Source: Octopus sinensis (taxonomy: Eukaryota). Taken from it: DNA of 64,000 bases. Positions 48,720 through 60,765 of this stretch are shown here, piece after piece. Under the pieces are notes generated by a model, which searched no databases, had not been told where the DNA came from, and saw only the letters and a program-made list of their open reading frames with translations. Location: NCBI RefSeq assembly GCF_006345805.1, contig NC_043002.1, positions 75,268,001 to 75,332,000 of the forward strand, read 5' to 3'. The stretch's first letter is position 1. The number at the start of each line of letters is the position of its first letter. A program made the position numbers and the translations under genes.

Positions 48720-49180
48720 TGGTTGGTGTTGTTTAGCCCTAGGTCAGTCTGATTGAGTAGACTTTTGATTAAAGGTATTGTGATTTAAAGGTGGCAAGCT
48801 GGCAGAATTGTTACCGTGCTGGGCGAAATGCTTAACGGTACTTTGTCTGCCGCTACGTTCTGAGTTCAAATTCCGCCGAGGTCGACTTTGCCTTTCATCC
48901 TTTCGGGGTCAATTAAATAAGTACCAGTTACGCACTGGGGTCGATATAATCGACTTAATCTGTTTTTCTGTCCTTGTTTGTCCTCTCTGTGTTTAGTTCT
49001 TGTGGGTAGTAAAGAAATAGGTATTGTCATTTTCAAGACATAGTGGATGTAAGACTATAATATCAAATGTGTCCCTTTTTTTTTAAAAAAAAAACAGATG
49101 GTAGGATACAATTTTAGGGAAATTTAGCTAGTATTTCTAGTGGCCAAGCAACCACATAGATGTTCCCTCATTGGTTCAAG
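48720..49180 (-). mobile_element. Repeat family E element split by the young SINE B at 48787-49019
   Basis: Tail GTTGTTTAGCCCTAGGTCAG...GATTAAAGG to the left of the SINE; body CAAATGTGTCCCTT...GATGGTAGGATACAATTTTAGGGAAATTTAGCTAGTATTTCTAG...GTTCCCTCATT to the right. Confidence 0.7.
48787..49019 (+). mobile_element. SINE family B, young CpG-rich copy nested in a family E element, with TSD
   Basis: AAGGTGGCAAGCTGGCAGAATTG...GAGTTCAAATTCCGCCGAGGTCGACTTTGCCTTTCATCCTTTCGGGGTC...GTAAAGAAATA. Flanked by AGGTATTGTGATTT (48773-48786) and AGGTATTGTCATTT (49019-49032). Confidence 0.92.
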
Positions 49181-50844
49181 AGGCTTTAATAATGTGGTTA
49201 GTTCAAATGAGTCTGATGGAAGCCATTTTTGTTTCAAAGACGATTTCAATATCAAGAGGAAAATAGTCTAATATTTATCACTAGAGAAATGTCCAGGAAT
49301 AAAAAGACAAAAAAAAAAAACAAAAAAAAAAACAAGCAAACAAGAAAAGCATATCTTTTTTGCTGTTGTTTGTGATACTTGCAATTAGCATGTAAGTAAA
49401 TAGTATAATCTGCTTTTGCTTCAAACAACATGGTATTAGATGAGAAAATATTTTTAATTGCATACACTAATACAATTTCGTATACATCCACATACTGATA
49501 TATATGTCCTTGTACAAATGCGCACACATAAACACATGCACTTTTGTATATAATAAAAAACTACAGCTATTCTAATGTTTTGGAAATAAGTGTTCTAGGA
49601 TTACTTTAAGGATTATAGTTTGGAAAAATATCCACCAGTTTTATGTTTGAATTTAATTTAATTATTAAAGAATTTTCTGCATTGCCTTAAGCATATCAGC
49701 AAAAGTTTTTCTGTACATATTATATTTACATATGTATATATGCATCTACATGTATGTAGATGATAATGCAATGCTGAATAATTTATATTCTTATTTGTAT
49801 ATTTTTCAGATAAATTAAATTTGAATATACTTGTAGTTTATCATTAAAAAATATTAGAAAGATGTAAAATTTATTTAAAAACCTATTCCATTTCATTATT
49901 TGTTATTTTCTTTATTATTTTTTTTTCTTTAAATTTTCATATGAATCTGTTTCCTTTCATTGCTATTTACAATATTGTAAAACTTATAAAATCCTTGTCA
50001 TTTCAAAAGTAGATTGAATAATGCTTCCTCTCAGGTACAACAACAACAACAACAACAACAACTAAAATTAATAAGAAATAATTCTTTTAACAAAATTACA
50101 AATTCTTAAGCAATGGTTCAACTTTGGAACTTTTCTCTGTTGTTGAAGGAATATATTTAATCAATACTAAGCAGGGAAATACACATTTCTTAACAACAAC
50201 AACAACAACAACAATTATTATTATTATTATTTAATATATGGAATTTATACATTATTCCCAGTTGACTGACATTAGAGAAAAGATGAGATTTTCTTTCTCT
50301 TCCTCTGTCCTTTGTTATATGTCACTGTTGTTTAATTATGTTGTTATTGTTGTTATTAAATTGTTATTATTATAATAAGTATGCCAGTATTATTTTTATT
50401 GTGCATCATTATTATCATCATATTTGTTGTTGTCATCCTCCTCCACCCCCTTATCATCATCATTGTCATCTATAAGTTTGGTTAAAATCTTCACAAAGTC
50501 CATTTTCAACCTAATTTGGTTTAGTCATACAGTTTTGTCTCTGTCTCTCTTCTAGTCCCTCTTCAACTTCTTTGATCTGTTGCATCACAGAAGCTGACAA
50601 TTCTCTGGTTTACAGTTCACTCTTTGTTCTACGATTGAAAGAATGATCAACTGATATAAAAGAATTAGTCTGTTGTATGTGTATATGTATGGGAGATCAT
50701 TATTGATGTTGGTTGTCAGAAAACACTATATAAATTTGGGAAAGTATCCAAGTCTTTTTTTTTCTCTCTTCCTTCTCCAATGTAAGTAACATTTCCATTA
50801 AACTTCGAAAATGTATTGTTCTTACTTGACAAGAGTTGTTTGAT

Positions 50845-50930
50845 GCTATTGTTGTTTAGCCCCAGGTTAGGTTTTGTCAAGCCTCATGATTGATCAAAGG
50901 TATTCTAACCATGACCATCCTGTCTTTCAT
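50845..50930 (-). mobile_element. Repeat family E 3' fragment
   Basis: TTGTTGTTTAGCCCCAGG...TGATCAAAGGTATTCTAACCATGACCATCCTGTC. Confidence 0.65.
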
Positions 50931-51149
50931 ATTTCTAAGCAATCTACATTATCGAATGTGGCTTTTCTGTGATTTTGGGGTTGGTGGGGAGTTGATTTGA
51001 GGAAGATTTGGCAGCTTTTTCTAGCAAGCCAAGAACCATGCAGCAGCTCTCTTATGGGCTCTAGAATTGTGATATGAGTTGCTGGTGTGTAGATGGTTCT
51101 ATACACCACACACACCTACTCAGCTGAGGGCATCTTGTCTTGTAAGTTA

Positions 51150-51340
51150 CTTGCTGACTTGACTAGTGCTAGTGCCATGGAGTCACCACTCAGTCCATTG
51201 TGTAAAGTGGTTGGTGCTAGGGAGGGCATCTAGACTTTGGAGCTTAGTAGAGTTTTCTGGCTCGTTGGTTCCTGTTAAACCTCAAACCATCTACCCCATG
51301 CCAGCATAGGAAATGGATATTAAGCAACGATGATGATTTT
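51150..51340 (+). mobile_element. Repeat family C
   Basis: GTAAAGTGGTTGGTGCTAGGGAGGGCATC...CCCCATGCCAGCATAGGAAATGGATATTAAGCAACGATGATGA. Confidence 0.8.
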
Positions 51341-51711
51341 ATCCATTACTTATATATTTATATATATATAAGTAATGCATATCACCACATCAATATGGCT
51401 GTTTGACATTACAACTGTTTAACCTAGGTAGAGTCTTCACCAACTGGTTATTGGTACAATATGCACCTAGTATATATTGTAAGCAGGGGAGCAAACACTT
51501 ACCATATTCTAGCAGACAATGGGATCATTAGACCAAACAGCTTTAGGCTATTTGTCCTCATCCTCAGTGGTGAACACCTGACTGTTAGAGATTAAACAGT
51601 AGTAATGTCAAACAGCCATATTGATGTGGTGATAAACATTACTTCCCAGTATAGTTACTGCTTTCATCTCTTAGTGAGATTTCCTAACTAGCTACTTTGC
51701 TTATATTATTC

Positions 51712-51770
<59 letters not shown>

Positions 51771-51815
51771 TTATTTATTTATATTAAATTACTCCCTAAT
51801 ATTATTATTATTATA

Positions 51816-51870
<55 letters not shown>
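51712..51870. repeat. Long (TA)n/(TAT)n AT-only tract
   Basis: Directly visible. Confidence 0.95.
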
Positions 51871-51871
<1 letters not shown>

Positions 51872-52699
51872 GATATAGTGCACGTGTATATTCAGTGCAT
51901 CATAAAGCTGATGAGCTCCCAGTTGTAATCTATAACACACCTCTTTTTGTTGATGCTGCATTACCAAGCAGGGTATGCTGCAGCCAGTATGCTAGCAGGT
52001 ATGCCATGTTTTAAGTCCATTATATTGAAATTGTAGTTTCATTGAGACATGTGATCTGTATGGAGGACAATGGGATCTCCATAACTATGCTCTGTTCCAA
52101 GCTGAATTGTGAAAGCTGTCTTAAGTGTAGTCTTGAAACCCTGTTATAAATAAGTTTGTCACAAATGACATCTTAGTGAAGTGAACAATCTGGTAGTGAC
52201 ATCATGTAAGTATGTTAGGTAATACCAAATGACTGCAAGTGATGGTGGAAGGCTATAAAGAAAGATGAGGGTTGAAGAGTTAAATTGGATAAAACATGAG
52301 AAAAAGAGTTAAAATGATAGTGTAAGATTCTCTGCATCAGATCTCTCAACAATATTCTGTATAATCTGCCAATTGAGTTGTAGAAGCACCTTTAGTATAC
52401 AGTCATATGAAAGAGTGAAGTATTCTTGAAGTTGCTTCCTTATATTTGGTGGAACTTGATTATGAACGACACTCTATAAAAATGCACAGGTGAGTGTTTC
52501 TGTGTGTGTACATTTTATATGTATGTGTGTGTGTGTTCAGTAGTAGATCTTTGTCATTTGATGACCAGTACTAATTTATTTGTTCAACTGAATTACCTGC
52601 TCCTGAATCAACATATAACTGGCTGGCCATTCTACAGACACATGTATTCTTAGTTTAATTACCTGGCAGAATCAGTGTTTCAAACCAGCTTAATTATTG

Positions 52700-52910
52700 T
52701 TTCTATTATGGGAACAAGACTCGAAGTCTTTGGGGGTTGGGGGTTCATCAATTGCATTGAACCCTGTGCTCAACTGGTACCTTATCGACCCTGAAAGGAT
52801 GAAAGGCAGAGTCAACCACAACAGAATTTGAACTCAGATCATAAAGCTGAAAGAAATGCCACTAAGCATTTTGTTTGGCACAGTAATGTCTCTGCCAAAG
52901 CACCACATTA
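52700..52910 (-). mobile_element. SINE family B
   Basis: ATCGACCCTGAAAGGATGAAAGGCAGAGTCAACC...GAATTTGAACTCAGA...CTAAGCATTTTG. Confidence 0.85.
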
Positions 52911-53481
52911 AACCAGCTTAATAATGACAGTAATTTTATCAAATTCTTCCATTATTTCCCAAATTAAATGAAACAGATGCAGTGTATTTCAACAGAAGTA
53001 TGGTAGAAGAAGGGCTTAACCACTGAAATAAAACCTTCCTTGTCTGTTTACAGGCTGCACCTCTCCCAATTTTAGCATACAGTTAAAATTTACTGAGCTA
53101 TTTGAGCCAAGTTACTGCAGTTCTGAAATTTTTAAAGATGACAAAAATAAACAAATAAGTAAATAAAGAAAATAAATGAATGAAACTAAAACAAAATGAT
53201 GCTGAAAAAAATTAGTGCATTCGCCATTATGACTTCAAAGTAAAGAGGAAACTCTGTATGTTGAAATTTAATTTCTCTTATTTGTCTACGAGCACTTAGA
53301 GAGATGAGGTTGATGTGACATACGCATCTTAGTAAGTTGATTAGTCGTGTCTTTTTTTAGACTTGATATTGAGGTTAAACTGTCTCCATAAGGCCTTACA
53401 ACATTACTAATACATCATGTGCTATTAGAAGTGAAGGATATTATTCATTTCATTTTGTTTTGTGTATATATTTTCCCACTA

Positions 53482-53541
<60 letters not shown>
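53482..53541. repeat. (TAT)~20 microsatellite
   Basis: Directly visible. Confidence 0.95.
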
Positions 53542-53542
<1 letters not shown>

Positions 53543-54574
53543 TGTATTTGCATTTCTGTTTGTTTTCTTTTCCTGAAATTCTTTTCGACTGTCTTGAAGT
53601 TATTTACTAGAATCAAAACCTTGTAAAAGTTTTTTGCTACAATCATTTATTAGGAAAAAAAAAAAATTGAATTACACACATATGCATACACATGTATGTG
53701 TGCATAGAAAGAGTGGATGTTCTTCAGTAATGCTATTTCTACTTTAGTTTTTATTACCTTATAGATTTTTAACATTCTGCTCGTTATTTTCTTTAATGTA
53801 GAGTCAAGAAAACAAATAGAAATCATCTTATATATATTAATTAGATTGTAAGCAGTTTTTAGTTACAATGTATGTACTTAAAAATCCTACGCTGACGTAA
53901 AAATAATTGAATTAAAATTCCAAAAGCATTTTAGAATGTTTTAGCTGTCTTTAAATACACACACACACACATACACACACATCAAATCAGCCATGGGAAA
54001 TAATTCAAGTGGGCTATGGCATGAATTTAGGTAAATATATGAAGCTGATGTGGTGGGTGCATATATTCAAAGATGTATGCAAGAAATTTTTAATTAACTG
54101 TAACTTTCCCTGTTTATGGAGATCAGGAACAAAGATCTAGTGCTAATTGATGGCACATCTCAAAGCAAAGAGGAGATAATTTCAAGAAATTTTGAGTTAA
54201 AGTCCTGGACCTTGCTAGAGAAGTTAGTAACTCAAATCTGTGTGGAAGCCCATTTTGTGTGTGCATGTGCGCGTGTATAAAGATATGAACTATTTATAGT
54301 TTCTCGCATGGGAGACATGCGGCTATGCAGGCTTTTATAACATGCCTAGCGTCTCCAAACAATCTTTAGGCCATGAACACATGGTCTATTCACTTGACAA
54401 AAGAGGATGTTGATATGAGAGAAAAAAAAACAAGAAGATGCAAAAAGTGGGAGGGTAAAGAAGAATGGAAACAGGCACAAAAGAAAATTAAGAGTTATGT
54501 CCCCCTTTGTTTGTAAATCCATAATTAAGGTAGTTGTACAATTCAGTGGAGTGTGTGTTTCTGTTTGCTTGCAC

Positions 54575-54750
54575 ATTTATGTTTAGACTCATCACCACTT
54601 GACAGCTGGTGTTGGCTTCTTTTCACTCCTGTAATTTAGTGGCTTGGCAAAAAGAGGCTGGTATGAATAAACCCCAGACATAGGTACTGGGATCAAGGTG
54701 GTACCCCTGCATAGTTGCAGTCCAATGACTGAAACATGTTAGAGAATAAA
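54575..54750 (+). mobile_element. SINE family A 3' half, degenerate
   Basis: CCACTTGACAGCTGGTGTTGG...GGCAAAAAGAG...GCAGTCCAATGACTGAAAC. Confidence 0.65.
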
Positions 54751-55069
54751 AAAAATAATTGTGTCATTGCCCGCGAGCAAAGATTAGATGTATCCATAAG
54801 CAGGTAAATTTAATGAAATTATCTCCCTTTATTTTGAAAGTTGCTTGCAGTTCCCTCTAGGTTTTTGTTTCCTTTCTCCATTTAAGAGGAGAAATTTCAG
54901 TTAATTGAGATTTGTGTGTGTGAGATAAAATATGCCATTGGCACTGCATGAAATATCAGTGTGACTATTACACTATATGAATATCACTGTTATTGCTATC
55001 TCAGCCACCAAACACCATGACTAATCTACACTGGTATCATTAATTGCTTCAAACAAACAACTATGGCAA

Positions 55070-55265
55070 CAAGCAAATCGTTTTGTGGTCACTCTACCTT
55101 GAAATAGCAGTAAAATCTATGTCCATCAAAATTACATAATCTTAAAAGAAGAAGGATATATTAGTTAATGTCATCACGTGTCTAGTAACTTGAGGGGAAA
55201 AGTAATCAGGATGGTCATGACTGGAATGCTTTTGTCAATGTGTTGATCCATGACTAAACAGACAC
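55070..55265 (+). mobile_element. Repeat family E
   Basis: GAAATAGCAGTAAAATCT...TCTTAAAAGAAG...GGATGGTCATGACTGGAATGCTTTTG...GACTAAACAG. Confidence 0.6.
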
Positions 55266-55284
55266 AGTAATAATCCTAACAATA

Positions 55285-55670
55285 TAAGAGTTGACTGAAA
55301 AGTTCATAGGCTGACCAGGATACTCTTATGCAATGTGACTGAATGAGGTTTACTTTTCCACATAGTCCTTTTCGCACTTCACACATTTCTTCCATCAGTG
55401 TTGCAGTGTTTGAAACCAATTAGTGAAGAAGCTTTCATCCTGTTGCTCAAAAAAGTCATTAACCACAAGTATGATGTCACCATCACTGAAATACTGATTC
55501 CCAACCAAGTGTTTTTTCATGTTGGGGAACAGATGATAGCCAAATGGTGCCAAATCAAGAGAATAGGGACAGTAATCAGCAAGTTCAAAGCCACAGTTAG
55601 ACACAACAGCCATTAAAAGCAAGGACGTGTGTGCTGGAACATTGTCAATGTGAAACGAATCCCCTTTTGC
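55285..55670 (-). mobile_element. Mariner (Tc1/mariner, DD34D-type) transposon 3' fragment with terminal inverted repeat
   Basis: ORF 55395-55715 encodes FHIDNVPAHTS...CGFELADYCPYSLDLAPFGYHLFPNMKKHLVG...FFEQQDESFF...LQH*WKKC, matching the mariner C-terminus (HQDNAPAH, HPPYSPDLAPSDY.LFP, RWKKC). TA followed by a TIR-like AGAGTTGACTGAAAAGTTCATAGGCTGA lies at ~55285-55315. The 5' part and the other TIR are absent. Confidence 0.9.
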
Positions 55671-57855
55671 AACACCAACAGTAACAATGACAACGCTAGC
55701 CACATATAACATCATTGTACCATTTTCATGTCCTTTCTACCCTCTCACCCCATATCTGCTGTCCTCTTGATTGTGACCAAGTTGGCAACAGCCATGAACA
55801 CCATTTAAAGTTTCATTTGAAAGAAATATCTGTTAGTTAATGACATGTGATATCGAGCTCTGTAGATAATATTGCTCTCTTAAATTCTTGCTATTTTCAG
55901 TATATTTCTTGTCTTCATATCTCTGGTGTAACTTTTGATTCTCTCCCCACATCCCTCAACTCTCTCTTTCTCTCTCTTTTTCTCTCTTTCTTTCTCTCTG
56001 TCTCTCTCTCTCCCTCTCTCTATCTTTTGTTGGAGACTCTGAAAACGTAATGAAGAATTTGTATAGATATTATTAAGTATTGCAATGTTTTCATATTTAC
56101 AACTCAGCATAGCGCCGACCTAGTGCTACTTTTATTGCTATGATTCATGGGACTGTTGAACAGTTTTCCTTTAAAAGTCTTCTACTTCTATAACACATTC
56201 GACATTCTTCTGATATCCTATTGTGCATGTTGAAATGGTTGCATCATAGTAAATAATATATAGCCACTGACTGCTGTGGAGAAGTGCATTCTTGTGTGTG
56301 TGAGACAGAAAGAGAACAATTTTGTGTGCAAATGCGCATTTAAAATTGTGTTTCTCTCTAATGTAATGGACTAAATGGCCTTCAATCACATTTTTCATAT
56401 TATTGCAGCATATAGATTTTTTTTTCATATAGAAAACACATACACACACAGAGATATGTGTATAATTATATATGAGGACTGATAATCCTTTTTTTTCTTT
56501 CTTCCTTTTGTTGTACATTTATCACAAAGAGAGGGAATCTATATCTAAAGAAGTGAATGATGAGTTTTGTTGAATGAAAAAAGTATCTTAAGCCTAATGA
56601 TGGAGAAGATAAGGGCAGCTGTTACATGTGGTGGAGGAGTGTATTTAGTATGAGATGATGGGTTCCAGTTAAAATTTATAGTTTAGAGAAGAACATAAGA
56701 TAGAAATGTGAAGATAGGCTGCTGTGCAAACCAGGTTAACTTACTACCAACTTAAACATTAATTTGACAATGATACTGTCAATAGTGATGATGATGATGA
56801 TTATGGTGATAATGTTTCAAACATTACAAGAGGTATTTCAAGCTTTTGTTAATGCACACAAGCATTTGTTCTTGATGCTGTATCCTTTGTTTGCATCACA
56901 GGTGATCTAGTTTTTTATATGTAGTTGCCCACGGTTTGGCATAATCCTAATTATGGTCACAAGTGGACAGACATAGCACTCACAGTTCCACATGGTTAGT
57001 AGCATTTTGGCAGAACGGACTCAAATGACAACAATAACTTTGTCACAGTGTTGTTCTGGAAACAAGTGATTTGATGGGAGAAGTTAAGAGTGTACTGCAG
57101 CAGAATGTACGAAGTTATATAACATATGATGACAGATCTGTAGAGAAAGGTGATAGAAATTCTAGAATTGAGTTTGGCTTGAGTGGAAAGTTCTGTTGCA
57201 ATTAGCTGCAACCACTCCTGAACTGAAGCTGTTCACTGAATACAGCTAAGCTCTTCAGTTCCTTCATTTTTTTTCTCTCCCTCTCTTCCTTTACCCTCTT
57301 CTCTTTCTCCTCTCAAAGAATATTAAAAAAAAAAAAACATTTAAAGAGGGTCATATGTCTGTATTTTGTGTGTCAAAATTAATGTCACAAAGAATAAACT
57401 TTACAGTAGTTGACTGTCTCTGATGCTAGAATACATAAGGTATGCATAAGGTATGGCTACAAATGTTACTACACCTAAGATAGTCTAATATGTTTCTTCT
57501 GCCTACCTACAAAAGTGGTTTATAACTAATCTTTTTAATTTAGTAATGTGATTTGGTGTTTGTGGAAATGATTTGGTCTAGTATTTTAGTGAAATGAATT
57601 TGATTTAGTATTTGTTAAGACAGCACTTAGTCATTTAAAAACATTTTTTCTTTAAGAGAGCATAAAATTGTTGAGGTTTCAAGAACTACTCAAGTATATA
57701 CCAACATAGTAATGGTTGGGAAGTGTGTGTGTGTGTGTGTGCGCGCGCATTCGCATGTCTCAAATGATGGATTAAGCTAGCTCTCTTTCTCCAAAAACAC
57801 CACCACCAGTTCTCTGCTTACTTACTGAAGCTTGCTTCCACATACTTATAAATTA

Positions 57856-57858
<3 letters not shown>

Positions 57859-57933
<75 letters not shown>
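57859..57933. repeat. (GT)n(GA)n compound microsatellite
   Basis: Directly visible. Confidence 0.95.
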
Positions 57934-57935
<2 letters not shown>

Positions 57936-58231
57936 ATGCGAATAAAAGAGGGTAGATTAGAATAATTTTATACAAAATACATCTTGATTTAAACTTTTAT
58001 TTTTATGACTTCAATATTCTCAAAAATTTATTTTTCCATTTACCATTTAAATTACCCATTCCATTCTGTGTAATATATGTTTCTAAATTTATTTTTCAGA
58101 TTTTTAATTTTTACTTATTTTATTAAGTTAGCAAATGTAGTCAGTAAATGAAACATTATCAGGCATTATGTTAAACCTTCTCTTTCTCTTCAAGTCTATA
58201 GTGTGAATATTCATCTATTTTTCTCTCCCCA

Positions 58232-58265
<34 letters not shown>

Positions 58266-58792
58266 TTATGCTACTTTTTCTTTATGAATATAATTCCTTT
58301 GGGATGAAACCAATCTGAATTAATTTTCACTTGATTAGTTTGAGCATGTGATTTGAATAATCTGTGATTGATTTCGTTCAAATTAGCAAGTATTTCACTC
58401 TAAATTTCTTACCAAACATGACCATTATTCATGCTTTTAGCATTTAAAAATGGCAATTAGTCATCAAATTATTGAAAGTGGGGAAGGGATGTTATGAAAT
58501 CTATAATAATAATAGTAATAATAATAATAATAATAATAAAAAATACGAATAATATAATGATGATGATTTCTTTTTTAATATTGATACATTGACGATGATG
58601 ATGATGAGAAAACAAGAAAATCTGTTAGGCTGTGCAATCATAAATTTAAATCTTTCCTTCGTGAGTAAAAATCAATAGAATTTATGCTGACATCTTTCAA
58701 ATCAATGTGTGCCATTTTGTATGCATACATATTTCTGCAAATGTTTTCATTTATTTCGTATGTGATTTAAAAAATTTTCCTTCCTACAACAG

Positions 58793-58948
58793 GATGATTT
58801 CCCCCTGCCACACCCCACCCATTTACTCATTCAGGAGAAAAGGAAACAAAAAAAAAAACCCCCCAAAAAAACAAGCAGAACAAAACAAAATACAAAAACA
58901 GCCTTCATGGACACTCACTCATTCCTCAGACATGGCAGTACGCAAAAA
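58793..58948 (+). CDS. Candidate 156-nt exon (DDFPLPHPTHLLIQEKRKQKKKPPKK...GSTQK)
   Basis: TTTTCCTTCCTACAACAG| acceptor, CAAAAA|GTAATT donor, 52 open codons. An alternative frame is ORF 58707-58952. It lies on the opposite strand to the other candidates and contains homopolymer runs. Confidence 0.2.
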
Positions 58949-59071
58949 GTAATTATTAAAATAAAACAAAACAAAATAAAATAAACAAACCAAATGTACT
59001 AATACTCTAAAGGAGAACCTAATAAATAAATAAATAAATGAAACTTATTTTATGACAATGACAACATGTGC

Positions 59072-59110
<39 letters not shown>

Positions 59111-59594
59111 GTGACCAGCAACAATAATGTCAGCAACAACAATACCAGTGTTTTCTTAATGGTATTCCCTTCATGGAGTAGATTAACTTGAGTAACAGCT
59201 TAATTGCTTAATTTCAAGAATGTTAAGTGATAGCTTAAGGTTTTTGTATTTTTTATTTTCTTTTCATCTTTTTTTTTTTTTTTTTCCTTAATCAAAAATA
59301 CTCATTTTAATCAAAAAGACTTGATTATTTTCTGAAAGTCACTACACTAAACAGGAATCAATGGTTGAAAGATTGTTAATAACTTCTAATCATGCAATTA
59401 TGTTTTTACTACTCCTATATTATTATCATCGTTATTATTTTTATTATTTTTTTGTTCATAAGCTAATCAGTGATATACTTTATTTGCCAATATAGTTATT
59501 GTTGCTGTTATTTAATTTTTTAAAAACTTATATCATTACGTTTCTCTAATGGGAATATTGCAGGATGGCTTGTTATGGCCATCCTATTCTTTTG

Positions 59595-59937
59595 TTCTTT
59601 TAGTTATTTGACTGTGGCCATGCTGGAGCATTGCCTTTAGTCGAGCGATTCAACCCTAGGACTTATTCTTTGTAAACTTAGTACTTATTCCATTGGTCAC
59701 TTTTGCCGAACTGCTATGTTATGGGAATGTAAACGCACTAGCATCGGTTGTCAAGCGATGTTACACACACACACACACACACACACATAGAGGTTTCTTT
59801 GAGTTTCCGTTTACCAAATCCACTCACAAAGCTTTGGTTGGACCGAGGCACTTGTCCAAGGTGCCATGTAGTGGGACTGAACTTGCAACCATGTGATTGG
59901 TAAGCAAGCTACTTACTGCACAGCCACTCCTGTGCCT
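59595..59937 (-). mobile_element. SINE family A
   Basis: TTTGACTGTGGCCATGCTGGAGCATTGCCTTTAGTCGAGC ... GTAAGCAAGCTACTTACTGCACAGCCACTCCTGTGCC. Confidence 0.9.
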
Positions 59938-60191
59938 ATGAATCTAAAAAATTTGGACTTGCTGCGAAAATGTACTATCTGCAATAGTCAGCGTTATGGT
60001 TAGTTTAGATTAGATTATTGGCCCAACTTAAAGGTACTAAATAAACCTTTATTTTCTTCAGCAGAGACATAAAGGAGCCAATAAAAGAGAGAGAGAGGGA
60101 GGGAGGGGTGGTTTATTATGTTCAAAGTGGTGGTGGTGGTGGTGATGATGATGATGACTAACATCCATCTACAATAAAGTTGAAATGGCTT

Positions 60192-60500
60192 CTTTTATCT
60201 TTTACTTGTTTCAGTCATTAGACTGTGGCCATGCTGGAGCACCATCTTGAAGAATTTTAGACAAATGAGTTGACCCCGGTACTTTTTTTTAAAGCCTGGT
60301 ACTTATTCTACCAGTCTCTTTTGCTGAACTGTTAAGTTACATGGAAATAAACACACCAACATCATTTGTCAAGTGGTGATGGGGGACTGGCCTGGAACTT
60401 ATAGTAGAAGACACTTTCCCAAGGTGTTATGCAATGAAAGTGAACCCAGGCCTGTGTGCTTGCGAAGCAAATTTCTTACCACACAGCCACACCTGTGCCT
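60192..60500 (-). mobile_element. SINE family A with an internal deletion (left arm of inverted pair)
   Basis: TTTTACTTGTTTCAGTCATTAGACTGTGGCCATGCTGGAGCACC ... CTTACCACACAGCCACACCTGTGCCT. Confidence 0.9.
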
Positions 60501-60535
60501 ACTTGTGTATCTTGAAGAAAAAAAATTACAAATTG

Positions 60536-60713
60536 AGGCACAGGAATGGGTGTGTGGTAAGTAGCTTGCTTACTAGCCACATGGTGCTGGGTTCAGTCCC
60601 ACTGTGTGGCACCTTGAGCAAGTGTCTCCTGTCTGTTATAGCCTTGAGCCGACCAAAGCCATGTGGGTGGATTTGGTAGATGGAAACTGAAAGAAGCCTA
60701 TTGTGTGTGTGTG

Positions 60714-60765
<52 letters not shown>

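Noticed and set aside
56930-57250. Possible CR1/L2-type LINE 3' relic
   Set aside because: Only vague resemblance (FLYR, MWN); not supportable without a search.
57723-57748. (GT)n(GC)n potential Z-DNA
   Set aside because: Short, and common in this microsatellite-rich genome.
60536-60620. tRNA genes at SINE heads (also 48787, 37780, 47775)
   Set aside because: A and B boxes are present but there is no complete cloverleaf, and each continues into SINE core and tail.
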